Both the position numbers and the translations under genes were made by a program. From contig CAWIXT010000006.1 of assembly GCA_963840165.1 (NCBI GenBank), positions 410,002 to 474,001 of the forward strand: a DNA stretch of 64,000 bases. Direction: 5' to 3'. Source of the DNA: an uncultured Gemmatimonadales bacterium. GTDB taxonomy: Bacteria; Gemmatimonadota; Gemmatimonadetes; Gemmatimonadales; GWC2-71-9. The notes below the pieces were generated by a model. It had not been told where the DNA came from, ran no database searches, and saw only the letters and a list, made by a program, of their open reading frames with translations. This document shows positions 30,788 through 40,820 of the stretch, piece by piece. Position 1 is the stretch's first letter. Each line of letters opens with the position of its first letter.

Positions 30788-31426
30788 CTATCTGCGGACG
30801 GGGATCCAGTCATCGGGGATCCGCTCTACCGCGGAAGCCTGAGGAATCTGCGGTGCACTCGGCCAGACGAAGAACCCCTGCGGATTGTCATCGAAGATTC
30901 GGAACGCGAGCCGGGGTAACCTTCCATCGGCCCCGATGAGCCAGACGGGGTCGAGCCGCAGCAGCAGCGTCCAACCCAGGCCGCCCGCTCTGGCGCTCAC
31001 CTCCCACCCACCACCCGACCGCTCGCCTTCCGAGCCGCCAATCGGGATCGCCCTGCGGCGGCTCCCAGCGTCCGTTTCTGCCCCCGATACACCACGCTGC
31101 TGTCCAGCACCCGGCGGAAGTACAGCTGGAAGTCGTCGTGCTGCGGGGCTCGCACCGCCATCGCCCCTGAGTGTCGAGGCTCAGCACGAAGTCATCGCCC
31201 CAGTAGGGGTGCGTGTCGGGTATGGTCGCCGCCACGAAGAACGGTGTCCGAGGCACGGAGCAGCCAGACCAGGGCGGTACCCTGGCGGGTAGGAATACGA
31301 ACCTGCGGGGGACCGTAGCGGGCGCTGTCGGCGGACGACTCCAGGAGGCGGCGGACGCTCGATGGCCCTGATCCGGAGCGTGTCGGGAGCCGCAACCTGG
31401 AGCGCGAAGATCAAGGCCGCGAGCAC
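30788..31426 (-). CDS. Secreted hypothetical protein (CBM9/DOMON-like), several frameshifts
   Basis: Signal MLAALIFALQ; pieces IPDTHPYWGDDFVLSLDT and WTLLLRLD...LAFRIFDD spread over ORFs 31181-31426, 30888-31613, 30788-31000. Confidence 0.55.
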
Positions 31427-31429
31427 CGG

Positions 31430-31927
31430 CTATTCCGGATCGAAATCGAGCAGCGGAAGCAGCCGGCCCCGCGGCGGAATGCCCGGCTTCCAGCTCCAGG
31501 ATCCCCACCGATGGCGGAAGGTTGAACCGGCGGGCACCAGCACCGCCGGGGTTCATCACCGTGACCACCACGTCCACCAGGGTCAGAAGCGGCCGGTGGG
31601 TGTGGCCGAACACGATGATCTGGGCCTCGGGAAACGCGGCGTTGAGCGACTGCCGGCGTGGGCGAGCCGAACTGGTCGCCGTGGGTGACCACGATATCGA
31701 ACCCGTCCAGCTGCAGCGTGGCTACCTGCGGAAGCGCTGCTGCCGCAGCTCGGCTCCATCGGTGTTGCCGTACACCGCGGTGACCGGAGCGAGGGCCTCC
31801 AGCTCGGTGAGCAGATCCCGGCCGTGCCCACGTCACCCGCGTGGAGGATGTGATCGACCCCGGCGAATGCATCGAAGACCTCCGGCCGGAGGAGCCCGTG
31901 AGTATCGGAGATGACGCCAAGGCGCAT
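31430..31927 (-). CDS. YfcE-family metallophosphoesterase, frameshifted
   Basis: SDTHG, HAGDVG, THGD, FGHTH, NPG motifs across three frames; TAG at 31430-31432. Confidence 0.85.
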
Positions 31928-33165
31928 CAGGTGCCGGTCAGCGGTGGGCGATCAGGGTGACCGGCTCCGGGATCTCCTTCCATCAGGCTGGAGAACGCGC
32001 TCAGCAGCTCGTGTGCCTCGAATGTGCAGTGGCCGTAGCGGTCGACCGGTACCTGCGTGAGCCGATCGGTGGCGCCCGACGCCGCGCACCTTGGCCGCAT
32101 AGAGGGCCTGCTGCTGGAACGGAACGATCGGGTCGCCCGTGGTGTGCAGGGTCACGAGCGGCACCGAAAGATTGCCGGAGGTCTCGAACTCGGTCATGGC
32201 GGCGAGCGCGGCTGGATCGGCCGTGTAGCGGGCCACGCCGGCATTCAATGCGGCGTCATCGCTGGACCCGGTGTAGACCTTGGAGGAATTGTCGAACGGC
32301 TGCCCCCCCAGCCGCTCGTGGGCATCGGCGGTGCCCACGATATTGTACCAAAGAATGCTGATGGCGGTGAACGCGATGGCAACGACGTCATCGCGCTCGA
32401 CCGGGGCCCCGGTGATGCGCACCAGCTCCCGGGCGGCCGATGGATTGGCGACCAGCGCCATCACGATGGCCGGGACATATCGCTGCTCCCAGTGGGCCAT
32501 CACGTCGACGGGACGTCCACGGCAGTTCCGGGAATCACACCGGGAAAGAGGTAGTCGAACACCACCCGGAAATCGCCGATGTAGTTCGAGCTGGGCCCGG
32601 AAACTCTCCGATCGGACCGCACGCCGCCAGCGCGCCGTCGAAGACGTCCGGGTGTCGCTCCACCGCCAGCGCGGCCGACCAAGCCTCCCTCGGAGAACCC
32701 GACGATGACCGTCCGTCCCGGATCGGGCCGATAGAGGCGCCGCACGGTGGCCTCGAGCTCGACCAGATCCTCGACGGCCTCGGGCGCCACCAGACCGTTG
32801 CGCCGGTAGCTGGTGGTGGCAAAGGCGTAGCCCAGTCCGGTCACCGTAGCCGCGAGACGGACTGGCCGCCGACCTGATCGTCCGGGAGCGCGAGCGCCTG
32901 GTGCGGCCGGCACGTAGCCGTGGGCATAGAGCACCAGATCTCCATTCCAGGTGGCGGGAAAGCAGATCCGGTACAGCGCCCCGTGCTCCAGCGCTCCGTC
33001 GGTGCAGCCCGCCGCGGGCGCGACCCCTCATCGGCCGGCGGCTCGGCTCGGGCGGCAGCTCCGGAGTGGTGAGATCGCCGTCACCGCCGCACCCAGCAGC
33101 AACGAGCACACGAAAGTGAGAAAGGCGCCCGAACCGAGGCGCCGAAAGTAGTATCGGAATCGCAT
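31927..33165 (-). CDS. Alpha/beta-hydrolase lipoprotein, frameshifted
   Basis: MRFRYYFRRL...LLLG signal, LYAHGY, GFSEGG nucleophile elbow, HTTGDPIVP; multiple indels. Confidence 0.75.
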
Positions 33166-33761
33166 CACTTCTCATCTCCTCCCCATCGACGTGCGATCTC
33201 GAATGTCGATCCCCAGCTGATCCAGGATCCGCTGCACGATGAAGTCTACCAGACTCGCTGACCCTGGTGGGACGATGATAGAAACCCGGGGCCGCCGGCA
33301 CCACCACGGCGCCGGCCTCGGTCACGGCGACGAGGTTTCTCAGATGCACCAGCGAAAGCGGGGTTTCCCGCGGCACCAGGATCAGCTTGCGCCGCTCCTT
33401 CAGGGTGACGTCGGCCGCGCGCTCCACCAGCGACCGGCTGGTGCCGCCCGCGATGGCCGCGACGGTGGCCATCGAACAGGGACAGATCGACCATGCCGCC
33501 GGTACGCTGGGAGCCGGAGGCCGGCTTGGCGCCCCGGTCGTCGTCGGGAAAGAGGTACACCGAGCCCAGTCTCCACCGGTGGCCTCCTTCAGCCCCTCCA
33601 GCGACTTGATGTTGCACTCTTCCCGCAGCAGCCGCATGCCATGCTCGGACGGCGATCAGCCAGACCGGCACCCGATCGCGGGCCAGCACCTCGAGCAAGC
33701 GAACGCCGTAGGGCGCGCCCGAGGCGCCGGTAAGCGCGAGGACGACGGGGAGGGAGGTCAT
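33165..33761 (-). CDS. ubiX: Flavin prenyltransferase UbiX/MqnM, frameshifted
   Basis: ALTGASGAPY, PASGS, CPCSM, RAADVTLKERRKLILVPRETP, PAAPGFY. Confidence 0.9.
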
Positions 33762-33804
33762 CGGCCGCGGCGGTTCGGGGTGGGGGAGCGGACGGGGTGC
33801 TTGG

Positions 33805-33961
33805 GGCGGTACGGCGGTACGGCGGTACGGCGGTATAGGCTTCGTCTTTTCCGGAGGCGCGTTTAGGCGTTTGCCATGAGGGGCAGGGCCTTCGGGATAG
33901 CCGGTCTTGGGCCTCCTGCCTCTTGCTCCTACCGCCGTACCGCCGTATCCGCCGTACCGCC
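33805..33961. repeat. Inverted octamer tandem-repeat element (GGCGGTAC)x4 / (GTACCGCC)x4
   Basis: 33805-33836 forward arm; 33929-33961 reverse arm with one 9-nt unit. Confidence 0.9.
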
Positions 33962-33962
33962 T

Positions 33963-34893
33963 TCATACCACCCGATCGACGAGCGCAAACCCAAACACCA
34001 GTCACCGACATCACCCCGTTCATGGTGAAGAACGCCGCGTCCAGCCGGCAGAGATCGCCGGGCCGCACCAGCTGGTGCTCGTAGACCAGAATACCGGCCG
34101 CGACGACGAGGCCGATATAGTACCACAGTCCGAAGCCGGCCGCGTAGCCGAAGAGCGCGAGCGCCGGAATGGTGACGGCCGTGGAGCAGCTTGGCCAGCA
34201 GGATCGCGCGCGACTCGCCCAGCCGGACCACGGCGCTCCGAAGTCCCTCGAGCCCGGTCGAAACCCGCATCGGGCAGCGCGTAGAAGATGTCGAACCCGG
34301 CGACCCAGGTGGCGACCCCCGCCGTGATGGCGAGCAGCATCCAGGCCGGGTCGCTCCAGTGGCCGGTGACCGCCAGGTACCCGCCGACCGGGGCGATCGC
34401 CAGGCTCACGCCGAGCCAGAGGTGCGGCCACCAGGTGAATCGCTTGGAGAGGCTGTAGAGCATGATCCAGCGCGAGCGCGACCGGGCTCAGCAGCAGGCA
34501 CAGCGGATTGAGCACCGCCGCCGCCACCACGAAGATGCCTGCCGCCAGCACGACCGACACCCAGGCCTGAGTGAGCGACAGGGTGCCCCGGGGAAGCTCC
34601 CGATTCTGGGTGCGGGGGTTGCGTGCGTCGAAGCTTCGGTCCGCGATCCGGTTGAACCCCATGGCGGCCCAGCGCGCGGCCGAAAAGGCAATAATGACGA
34701 GGGCGACGTCGCCCGCAGTGACCGGGGCCACCCTCGAGGCCGCCAGAACGCCGAGTAGCGCAAAGGGCAGAGCGAAGAGGGTGTGGGGAAGCTTGACGAA
34801 GTTGACGTAGCGGATCAGCAGGGATTCCCCGCCGAATGTCTGCGCTTCGCGGTCTAGAGTCGAGGGTCTAGGGTCTAGAGGCTGGCCCGTCAC
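33963..34893 (-). CDS. UbiA-family prenyltransferase (MqnP-like), frameshifted
   Basis: VKLPHTLFALPFA, NRIADRSFDARNPRT, WVAGFDIFYA, AFFTMNG; GTG overlaps ubiD TGA. Confidence 0.9.
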
Positions 34894-34935
34894 GCCGACC
34901 CTCGACCCTTGACCCTTGACCCTTGACCCTCTAGG
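34851..34935. repeat. Inverted heptamer element (GGTCTAG/AGTCGAG)x4 / (CTYGACC)x4-5 spanning a gene junction
   Basis: 34851-34878 and 34894-34928; both arms lie in coding sequence. Confidence 0.88.
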
Positions 34936-36408
34936 CGAATCCCCAGCTTCTCCCACATCTCATCCACGCTCTGTTTGGTCTTATCGTCCATCTTGATCAG
35001 CTCGGGCCACTCCCGGTCGAAGCCTTCTTCCTTCCATTTGCGGGTGGCATCGATGCCCATCTTGCTGCCGTAGGTGAAGGCGCGGCTGGAATGATCCAGC
35101 ACGTCCATCGGCCCCATGCTGAAGCGCACGTCCCGCTCGGGATCGATGTTGTTGAGCGCGACCCACCATGCCTCGTCCGGGTCCTGGACGTTGACTTCCT
35201 TGTCTACTACCACGAGCACCTTCGCGAGCGACATCAGGCCCTGGCCCCACAACGCATTCATCACCTTGTAGGCCTGGCCCGGGTACTGCTTGTCGATGGA
35301 GACGAAGACCAGGTTGTGGAAGATGCCAGGCGCGGGCATGTGGTAGTCCACGATCTCGGGAATGGTGAGCTTGAGCAGCGGCAGGAAGATCCGCTCGGTG
35401 GCGTGACCCAGGTAGAAGTCTTCCATCGGCGGCCGGCCCACCAGAGTGGCCGGATAGATCGGATCCCGCCGCGAGGTGACGGCAGTGATGTGGACCTTGG
35501 GATAGTAGTCGGCGAGAGAGTAGAACCCGGTGTGGTCGCCGAAGGGCCCCTCCAGCACCAGCTCCTCCGCCGGATCGATGTAGCCCTCCAGCACCATCTC
35601 GGCTTCGGCCGGCACATCGAGGTCGGAGGTGAGCGCCTTGGCGAGCTCGACCGGCTCGCGCCGGAGAAACCCGGCGAACAGGAACTCATCGATCGTCGGT
35701 GGCAGCGGCGCCGACCCGGCGTAGATGCTGGCGGGATCACCGCCGAGGGCAATGGCGACCGGCATGCGCTCGCCTTTGGCCGCCATCTCCCGCCAGTGAG
35801 CCGCGCCGACTTTATGCCGCTGCCAGTGCATGGCGAGCGTATTGGGGCCCAGCACCTGCACCCGATACATCCCGACGTTCCGTATGCCCCGGCTGGGATC
35901 GGTCGTGATCACCATCGGCAGCGTGATATAAGGGCCCCCATCGCCGGGCCAGGTGGTGAGAAAGGGGATGCGCTCGAGGTTGACGGCCTCGTCCCGCTGC
36001 ACCACCTCCTGGCACGCGGGACGGCCGCCCCTGACTCGGGGAGGGAACTTCCCGATCTCCGCCAGCCGGGGCAGCATGGCCAGCTTGCCGAAGAGTCCCT
36101 CCGGCACCTTCAGGTTGAGCATCTCGGATATGCGGCCGCCGATGTCGTCGAGGCGCTCAGTCCCGAGCGCCAGGCACATCCGGCGCATGGAGCCGAACAG
36201 ATTGATGGCGACCGGCTGCTCGCTCCGCTGGCCGTCTGTCGAGGAGCACGTGCTCGAACAGCAGCGCGGGCCCTCCTCCCGGACTCTTCATGACCCGGTC
36301 GGCGATCTCGGCGATCTCCAGCCGGGCTCGCACGGGATGGCTGACCCGGACCAGCTCGCCGATGCGGTCGATCGACTTGATGAAGTCGCGGAGGTTGTTA
36401 ATGGCCAT
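34890..36408 (-). CDS. ubiD: UbiD-family decarboxylase (MqnL-like), frameshift near 36235
   Basis: LEIAEIADRV, GGPALLFE, NVGMYRVQ, EGPFGDHTGFY, VGRPPMED, KMGIDAT. Confidence 0.93.
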
Positions 36409-36418
36409 ACTAGAAAAG

Positions 36419-36553
36419 CGTGAACGGTAAACGGTGAACGGTAAACAGGCGTTTACCCGGCCGAGTCTCGCCTCTCGTCCATCGATACCTCTTCACTCTC
36501 ACCCGTTCACTATTCACTATTCACCGTTCACCGTTCACCGTTCACCGTTCACC
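36419..36553. repeat. Inverted heptamer element (GGTRAAC)x4 / (RTTCACY)x7+
   Basis: 36419-36446 and about 36492-36553. Confidence 0.95.
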
Positions 36554-37276
36554 CTTTTCCCCCACGTGCATCGCACACACCCCGCCCAGGAACAGCTTGT
36601 ACGTAACCTCCTCGAACCCCTGCGCCTGCATGCGCCGGGCGAGCTCGGCCGGCCGGGGAAATACCCTCGCCGACTCTGGTAGCCAACTGTAGGCGGTCGT
36701 ATGTTTGGAGACCAGGCGCCCGATCCAGGGCATGATCCTCCGGAAGTACAGCTGAAACCCACTGCGCAGCAGGGGCTGTTCCGGCACCGCCATCTCCAGA
36801 ATCACCAGCCGCGCCCCCGGCTTGAGCACCCGCGCAGCTTCGGCCAGGCCGCTATCGAGATCAACCAGGTTCCGGACTCCCCACCCGATCATCGCGCCAT
36901 CGAACTGCTCGGCGGCAAACGGTAACTCGAGGGCGTCCGCGGCGACGGGGTCCACCCGGTCGGACTTGTCCCGCCCCTGTTCCAGCATGGGCCGGGCGAA
37001 GTCGGCCGCGGCAACCCGCCCCCGGAACCCGGGCCGCCCTGTCAGGGCCGCCGCGAAGTCGAGGGTGCCGGCGCACAGGTCGAGGTAGATTCCTTCCGGC
37101 TTGCGCTCCCATCCCAGGCGAGCGACGGCATACCGCCTCCAACCCTGATCGAAGCGGAAGCTGATGATGCGGTTCAGCCGGTCGTAGGTGGGGGCTATCG
37201 CACTGAAGATGTCGCGGACATAGGCCCGCTTCTCGGGACCGCCTGAAACGGGTAACTGACGATCCGAGGCTAACAT
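36542..37276 (-). CDS. menG: Demethylmenaquinone methyltransferase (UbiE/MenG)
   Basis: FSAIAPTYDRLN, LDLCAGTLD, DALELPF, GVRNL, YSWLPES; upstream of ubiD/ubiA/ubiX. Confidence 0.9.
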   Translation of the reverse strand: MLASDRQLPVSGGPEKRAYVRDIFSAIAPTYDRLNRIISFRFDQGWRRYAVARLGWERKPEGIYLDLCAGTLDFAAALTGRPGFRGRVAAADFARPMLEQGRDKSDRVDPVAADALELPFAAEQFDGAMIGWGVRNLVDLDSGLAEAARVLKPGARLVILEMAVPEQPLLRSGFQLYFRRIMPWIGRLVSKHTTAYSWLPESARVFPRPAELARRMQAQGFEEVTYKLFLGGVCAMHVGEKGER

Positions 37277-37326
37277 AGGCGCTGAATGTAGTCTTGCTGG
37301 AACCCCCTTGGCAAGCAGACCGGCCG

Positions 37327-37932
37327 GTGTCTAGCAGCCGCCCCGAATGGGCCGGCCTGACCGACCAGGAGGTCGTGCTGCTGGCCCGCTCCGGCCAGGA
37401 GGCCGCCTACCGCGAGCTGATCCGCCGCTACGAGCGGCCGGTCTTCGCCCTGTTGTTCCGCATGGTGCGGGACCGGGAGCTGGCGGAGGACCTGGCGCAG
37501 GAGACCTTCGTCAAAGCGCTCAACGCGATCGACTCCTACCGCCCGGAGTTCAAATTCTCGTCCTGGATCTTCAAGATCGGGAACAACGCGGCGATCGATC
37601 ACCTCCGCCGGCGGGAGCTGGACACGCTGTCGCTCGACGGCTCGCCTCATGCTGAAACGCCGGAGGCCATGCAGGCCACCGCGCTCCAGATCGGCGCCCG
37701 GCAGGAGTCGCCCCTCGACACCGTCGAGGCCAAGGAGTTGGGCGGCGCCATCGAAGCGGCCATCGGCGCGCTGCGGCCCGAGTACCGCTCCTGCATTCTG
37801 CTCCGCCATGTCGAGGGGCGGCCCTACGAGGAAATCGCCGAAATTCTGAATCTGCCGCTCGGCACGGTAAAGACCTACATCCATCGCGCCCGCAACGAGC
37901 TGCGTGAGTCGCTGGCCCATCTCAAAGAATGA
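37327..37932 (+). CDS. ECF RNA polymerase sigma factor (SigW-like)
   Basis: AEDLAQETF, KFSSWIFKI..NAAIDHLR, YEEIAEILNLPLGTVKTYIHRAR; start 37294 (TTG) or 37327 (GTG). Confidence 0.93.
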   Translation: MSSSRPEWAGLTDQEVVLLARSGQEAAYRELIRRYERPVFALLFRMVRDRELAEDLAQETFVKALNAIDSYRPEFKFSSWIFKIGNNAAIDHLRRRELDTLSLDGSPHAETPEAMQATALQIGARQESPLDTVEAKELGGAIEAAIGALRPEYRSCILLRHVEGRPYEEIAEILNLPLGTVKTYIHRARNELRESLAHLKE

Positions 37933-37956
37933 AACCTTCACTTACGCCTCAACGTA
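37930..37956 (+). promoter_or_regulatory. SigW-type ECF promoter TGAAAC-N17-CGTA
   Basis: TGAAAC 37930-37935 (overlapping the sigma TGA), CGTA 37953-37956, 13 nt before anti-sigma ATG. Confidence 0.6.
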
Positions 37957-37969
37957 GAGGGCAGCACTT

Positions 37970-38578
37970 ATGACCCGACCACCGGGAACCCACCTGACGG
38001 CGGACGAGATCGATTCCTGGCTCTCCGGAAACCTCTCCCAGGAATGGCAGCAGCACCTGGATCACTGCCAGGCCTGCCTCGAGCGGGTTCGGGTGGAGCG
38101 TGAGATCGTAGACCAGATCGCCGCGCTGCCTCTGATGAGCCCAGCCGCCGGATTTTCCGAGCGGGTCATGGCCTCGGTCTCCATTCCCGACCCATTTGCC
38201 ATCCGGTCACTCCAGGCCACTCAGCGTCGCCTCTTCGCCACCAGGAAATCCGTGGCGCTGGCGGCCAGCCTGACGATTCTCCTGCTCGGCTCCATGGCCG
38301 GCAGCATCGCCTGGAGTCTGAGCCACCAGGATACGCTCGCCTCGCTCGGCAACTGGCTCCTGGCCCAGGGCGGGCAGATGGCGTGGCTCAGCCTGCGAGG
38401 CGTCGCTTCGAACCTGATCGAGCAGCCCTGGTACGGCACGGCCAGATCGCTGCTCGGGAATCCCATTCATCTCGCGGCGGGATCCGCCCTGGCCACCACG
38501 GTGTACCTGGTAGGGGTCCTGGCGTTGCGCCGCCTTCTGGCTCTGCCGAACCAGCAGGTGGCCCATGCGGCCATTTAG
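37970..38578 (+). CDS. Zinc-binding (ZAS) membrane anti-sigma factor
   Basis: HL...HLDHCQAC (Hx3Cx2C), two TMs, directly downstream of the ECF sigma. Confidence 0.8.
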   Translation: MTRPPGTHLTADEIDSWLSGNLSQEWQQHLDHCQACLERVRVEREIVDQIAALPLMSPAAGFSERVMASVSIPDPFAIRSLQATQRRLFATRKSVALAASLTILLLGSMAGSIAWSLSHQDTLASLGNWLLAQGGQMAWLSLRGVASNLIEQPWYGTARSLLGNPIHLAAGSALATTVYLVGVLALRRLLALPNQQVAHAAI

Positions 38579-39848
38579 CTATTGCGGCGGCGCAGCCGCT
38601 CTGGTCGCCCTGTGCCTGGCGAGCCCCCTCGCCGCAGAGACTCGTCTGGAAATATCTCCCTCCGCAGGCCGGGACCTGATGAAGGATTTCTGGGGCCTGG
38701 TCTCTGATGTCTCCACCCGGGTCGGCCTCCAGAGCCGGGGTCCCGCCGCAGCGAGAGCCCCCCAGGCAATCCCTCAGGGCGGGGCTACTGTAGACCTGAG
38801 TGACCTCACCCAGCCCACCGCCATCGAAGACCGGCTCCACGACGCTCTCTCCACCAAGGGCGAGCTCAGGCTCACCATACCCGGCGGCACCGCCCGGCGG
38901 GGACACTACAGCGTGGGCTCGGCGGAAAACCTGAGCGGGCACCTGCTGGTGGTGGATGGCAACGCCGATGTTTACGGGAGCGTCCGTGGCAATCTGGTGA
39001 CTCTGCGGGGAGACGTTGTGGTCCACCAGGGCGGGATCGTCTCGGGAGACATCCTCACGCTCGGAGGTGAGGTGCGGGACCAGGGTGGTGAGATTGGAGG
39101 TGAGGTCAGGACCCTTACCTCGGCGCAAGCGGCCTCGCTCGCTCCGGCCGCGCAGGCGGAGGCCCCCGGGCTGGTGCAGAGTACCATCGCCCGGATCGCC
39201 GGAGTGCTGGGAGTGTTTCTCACCATGCTGGTGCTCGGTTTCGGTGTGGTGATCTTCGGACGGCAGAACCTGGAAGTGGTGTCGGATACCGTCTCTCACT
39301 CGTTCGGAAGGGCCTTTGTCACCGGCCTCCTGGGCCAGATCCTGCTGCTCCCCACATTCGGTATGCTGGTTGTGGGACTGATACTCAGCGTCGCCGGTAT
39401 ACTGCTGCTGCCGTTCGCGGTTGCCGTTTTCGCCATGCTGACCGTCGTCGGAGTCGTCGGCGGGTATCTCGCCGTCGCCCACGCCCTGGGCGAGACGTAC
39501 ACCCGCCGGCGAATGGCCCAGGGCATAGTGGTCCGGTCTCCCAACAGCTATCGGTATCTCCTCATCGGGTTGCTGGCGCTGGCCAGCCTGTGGTCCGCCT
39601 GGGCTCTGTTTGGCTGGGTGCCGGTGGCCGGCAGCATCATGTGGGGCGCGGCGTTCTTCGTTAGCTGGCTGCTCGGAACCGCGGGGTTCGGAGCGGCGCT
39701 GCTCAGCCGGGCCGGCATCCGGGAAAACTTCTCCGGGCGTCTCTTCCCGGCCGAGGCGATGACCGACGAATACCTGTGGGCCACGCCGCAGTTCGGGGTC
39801 CCGGCCGGACGGCGGCCTGGCACCCGCACTCCGACACGCGGGTTGTAG
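38565..39848 (+). CDS. Bactofilin-like beta-helix plus multi-TM protein
   Basis: VDGNADVYGSVRGNLVTLRGDVVV..GIVSGDILTLGG repeats then about 5 TMs. Confidence 0.7.
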   Translation: MRPFSYCGGAAALVALCLASPLAAETRLEISPSAGRDLMKDFWGLVSDVSTRVGLQSRGPAAARAPQAIPQGGATVDLSDLTQPTAIEDRLHDALSTKGELRLTIPGGTARRGHYSVGSAENLSGHLLVVDGNADVYGSVRGNLVTLRGDVVVHQGGIVSGDILTLGGEVRDQGGEIGGEVRTLTSAQAASLAPAAQAEAPGLVQSTIARIAGVLGVFLTMLVLGFGVVIFGRQNLEVVSDTVSHSFGRAFVTGLLGQILLLPTFGMLVVGLILSVAGILLLPFAVAVFAMLTVVGVVGGYLAVAHALGETYTRRRMAQGIVVRSPNSYRYLLIGLLALASLWSAWALFGWVPVAGSIMWGAAFFVSWLLGTAGFGAALLSRAGIRENFSGRLFPAEAMTDEYLWATPQFGVPAGRRPGTRTPTRGL

Positions 39849-39850
39849 CC

Positions 39851-40693
39851 GTGCATCGTCTGGGGGCCGTTGTGATCCTGACGCTCTGTGCCGCCACGGC
39901 GCAGGCGCAGAGCATGCGTCCCTTCAGCACCTTCCGGCAGCTGCACGGACAGACCCGGCTCGCCGCCCGGCTGGAGTACGGCGCCGGCAGCCTTCGGATA
40001 CAGCCGGGAACGCCGCGCGAGCTGTACCGCATGAACCTGTCCTACGACGAAGAGCGGTTCCTGCCGATCAGCGACTTCGATGCATCGAGATCGGCGGTCA
40101 CCCTGGGCCTCAAGGCACGGGGAGAAGGCGGCGTTCGCGTCGTTTCCCGGAAGCAGCTGAGCCAGACCGCCGTAGTCTCCATCTCCCCCCGGGTAGACCT
40201 CGACCTGGAGCTGAGCCTCGGCGCCGTGGACGCGGACCTCGAGCTGGGTGGACTGCGAATCTCCGAGCTGGACCTGAATACCGGTGCCAGCGAGGCGACG
40301 GTTCGTTTTTCCCGCCCCAATGGGATGCGCTGCCGCCGCGCCGCCTTCAGCGCCGGCGCTGCCGAAGTCACGCTGATCGGCCTGGGCAACAGCCGCTGCC
40401 AGGAGATCAGCTTCGACGGGGGAGTGGGCAAGGTCGTGCTGGACTTCGGCGGGTCGGCCGGCACCAGTGCCCGGGTAGCTGTCACCATGGCAGTCGGCGG
40501 AATCACCCTTCGGCTTCCCCGCAGCGCCGGCGTTCGCATTACCATGGACAAGTTCCTGTCGAGCTTCGAGCCCGCCGGGTTGTCTCGCCAGGGAAACGCG
40601 TACCTGTCCTCCAACTACGAGAAGGCGGAGCGCCGCCTGGACTTCGATTTGACGACGGCGGTGGGGGACGTGGATGTCGAGTGGGCGGACTGA
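39851..40693 (+). CDS. Secreted LiaF/DUF2154-like (toast-rack) protein
   Basis: Signal peptide to AQA; GAGSL, LSLGAVDADLELGGL, GGVGKV, AVGDVDV beta repeats. Confidence 0.65.
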   Translation: MHRLGAVVILTLCAATAQAQSMRPFSTFRQLHGQTRLAARLEYGAGSLRIQPGTPRELYRMNLSYDEERFLPISDFDASRSAVTLGLKARGEGGVRVVSRKQLSQTAVVSISPRVDLDLELSLGAVDADLELGGLRISELDLNTGASEATVRFSRPNGMRCRRAAFSAGAAEVTLIGLGNSRCQEISFDGGVGKVVLDFGGSAGTSARVAVTMAVGGITLRLPRSAGVRITMDKFLSSFEPAGLSRQGNAYLSSNYEKAERRLDFDLTTAVGDVDVEWAD

Positions 40694-40699
40694 TAAAGG

Positions 40700-40812
40700 C
40701 GTAAGCGGGAACTGCGAGAACGTGAGCGGTAAGCGGGAGACAGTACTGACTCCGGGCGCAGGACCCCCCGCTCACCGCTTACGCCGTTTGCTTTTCCCGC
40801 TTACGTCTTACT
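40700..40812. repeat. Degenerate inverted heptamer element (SGTRAGC / GCTYACS)
   Basis: CGTAAGC, CGTGAGC, GGTAAGC at 40700-40734; GCTCACC, GCTTACG, GCTTACG at 40770-40805. Confidence 0.75.
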
Positions 40813-40820
40813 ATTGAAGC

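Larger units (their letters stand above)
5290..30790. other. Lower-GC accessory island carrying an exopolysaccharide locus
   Basis: By-eye GC drop (sampled line 12181: 34/60 GC; flank line 1981: 46/60); many A/T-ending codons; boundaries approximate; no integrase seen. Confidence 0.75.

Noticed and set aside
30640..30790. Partial resemblance to a c-di-GMP-I riboswitch upstream of uxs (CCGGATCTA...GACAGCCGG, minus strand)
   Set aside because: No GGCAAA/GNRA first stem or GCAAA junction found; would need a cmsearch hit
31952..33637. Apparent UbiX-hydrolase fusion ORF (561 aa)
   Set aside because: Artefact of frameshifts joining pieces of two adjacent genes
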